Assembly (NCBI GenBank): GCA_002104945.1
Contig: MCFH01000008.1
Coordinates: 682,001 to 746,000, forward strand
Reading direction: 5' to 3'
DNA length: 64,000 bases
DNA from: Piromyces finnis finn
Lineage: Eukaryota; Fungi; Neocallimastigomycota
The notes beneath the pieces were generated by a model. That model was not told the DNA's origin and made no database searches. It saw only the letters and a program-made list of their open reading frames with translations. Position numbers and translations under genes: made by a program. Of this stretch, positions 62,510 through 64,000 are shown one piece after another. Each line of letters begins with the position of its first letter. Within the stretch, counting starts at the first letter, position 1.

Positions 62510-64000
62510 ATGAAAAAAAATATATTATATATTATATTTTTATTAATAAAAGCAAAAAAGATTTTTCCAAAATGCTGGTCAGAAAAATTAGGTTTCAAGT
62601 GTTGTAGAATTGATATACAACCGATATTCTCTGATTATGAAGGGATTTGGGGAGTTGAAGATGATCAATGGTGTGGTATAATAAATAGCCCATCTAAGAC
62701 TGATAATTGTTTAAATAATAATTGTTGTACAAAGACAGATACTCATGTTTCATTTATTGATGATGAAAAATCTTTATGGGGTATTGAATCAGGATCATGG
62801 TGTAAAATAAATATCAATAACAATAATAATTCTGATAATTGTTGGAGTTCAAAATACGGCTATGGATGCTGTTTCAATGATAATGATGATGTTATATATA
62901 GAGATGAAAAAGGATCTTGGGGAATTGAAAATAATCAATGGTGTGGTTTAACAAGTTATAAAAGTACAATCAACGTTGAAAATCTTCCAAATTTTCCTAA
63001 AAAAATTTTAGATCCAGAGACATATAAAGATCCAGCAAAAGATTGTAATATCACAGACTCAATTACAGGTGATTCATTAAAACAATATACTCCATTTAGA
63101 ATTGGGGTAGGCATTAATGGTGTGTCCAAAGAGACATCTGGAATTCTTTCAAAAAAAATGGATGATATAATTTTATACCAATTTAATAGTATTACATTAA
63201 CAAATTTATTAAAACCACAATATATATTAAGTCAAAGTATAACCCAAGGAAATCTTCAAAGAGGATCTGATGAACCAGGATTAGATTTTAGTGCTGCAAT
63301 TGATACATTAGAATTTTGTAAAAAGCATAATTTAAAAATGAGAGGTCATACATTAGTTTGGCATACTCAAACCCCATTATGGTTTTTTAAAGAAAAATAT
63401 AATGCTAACAATAAATATGTTACAAAAGAAGTGATGGAATTTCGAATGGAAAGTTATATACGACAAGTTATGCAATTTATACAATATTATTATCCAGGTA
63501 TTGTTGATGTTTGGGATGTTGTTAATGAAGCTGTTGAAATTGACGAAGGAAAATATGATATAAATTCAACATGGAAAACTCGTACCAAGTACGGTAATAA
63601 TGAACCTAATCCATGGTATGATACCATGGGACAGGATTATGTTATAACTGCGTTTAGAATTGCACGTAAATATGCAATGCCAGGAGTTAAATTAGTTTAT
63701 AACGATTATAATACTTTTATGAGTGAAAAAGCCAAAGCTATTTATACTTTATTAGAAATCTTAAAAAAGGAAGATTTAATAGATGGTATTGGATTGCAAT
63801 CTTATCTTGGCCCAAGTTGGCCCAACCGTACAGGTTATTCTGACGCAATAAAAAAATTTTCAGCTTTAAATTTAGAAATTCAAATTACAGAATTAACAAT
63901 TTCTATTAATACAGAAGTAGAAGAAGAAGATATGCTTATACAACAAGCTGATCAATATAAAGAAGTATTTAATATATATTTAAATTTATATCACACTGGT
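62510..64000 (+). CDS. Cellulosomal GH10 endo-xylanase with three N-terminal fungal dockerins (CBM10-like); intronless, truncated by the window end
   Basis: Frame is open from ATG 62510 to the end of the window. Signal MKKNILYIIFLLIKA. Three C..CC..WG(V/I)E...WC repeats. GH10 motifs MRGHTLVWHTQTP, WDVVNEA (acid/base), YNDYN, IDGIGLQS and IQITEL (nucleophile). Absent from the ORF track because there is no stop inside the window. Confidence 0.92.
   Translation, partial: MKKNILYIIFLLIKAKKIFPKCWSEKLGFKCCRIDIQPIFSDYEGIWGVEDDQWCGIINSPSKTDNCLNNNCCTKTDTHVSFIDDEKSLWGIESGSWCKININNNNNSDNCWSSKYGYGCCFNDNDDVIYRDEKGSWGIENNQWCGLTSYKSTINVENLPNFPKKILDPETYKDPAKDCNITDSITGDSLKQYTPFRIGVGINGVSKETSGILSKKMDDIILYQFNSITLTNLLKPQYILSQSITQGNLQRGSDEPGLDFSAAIDTLEFCKKHNLKMRGHTLVWHTQTPLWFFKEKYNANNKYVTKEVMEFRMESYIRQVMQFIQYYYPGIVDVWDVVNEAVEIDEGKYDINSTWKTRTKYGNNEPNPWYDTMGQDYVITAFRIARKYAMPGVKLVYNDYNTFMSEKAKAIYTLLEILKKEDLIDGIGLQSYLGPSWPNRTGYSDAIKKFSALNLEIQITELTISINTEVEEEDMLIQQADQYKEVFNIYLNLYHTG

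Overview
Extremely AT-rich eukaryotic DNA with short GT-AG introns, most consistent with an anaerobic gut fungus (Neocallimastigomycota). This is inferred from an intronless fungal-dockerin GH10 xylanase, the flagellar gene enkurin and the base composition. Host genes in order: CWC24, a makorin-like RING/CCCH gene, an Elongin A-like gene, two SLC10/SBF-like transporter paralogs, a divergent pair of Cys-rich GPI-type surface proteins, DPH2, dihydroorotase, a DUF4604/KIAA1143-like gene, mRNA guanylyltransferase, UTP7, enkurin, a Set3/MLL5-like PHD-SET gene and a 3x dockerin-GH10 cut off by the window end. The most unusual region is 18.5-27.3 kb, where three related, co-oriented non-LTR retroelements are nested or adjacent. 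For the two younger ones I mapped the ends by poly(A) tail plus target-site duplication (TSD). Each element carries at its 5' end the same 130-175 nt structured motif. The motif has a 5-bp pseudoknot whose four substitutions all preserve pairing on the sense strand only. It does not fit the hammerhead, HDV, twister, twister-sister, pistol or hatchet consensus by eye, so it is a candidate new 5'-processing ribozyme or packaging RNA. The elements appear to use one ORF (RRM-like, APE, RT, Zn-knuckle). There are also two apparently identical copies of a ~535-bp poly(A)-tailed SINE-like element. Exon coordinates were read by eye and gene ends are approximate where stated.
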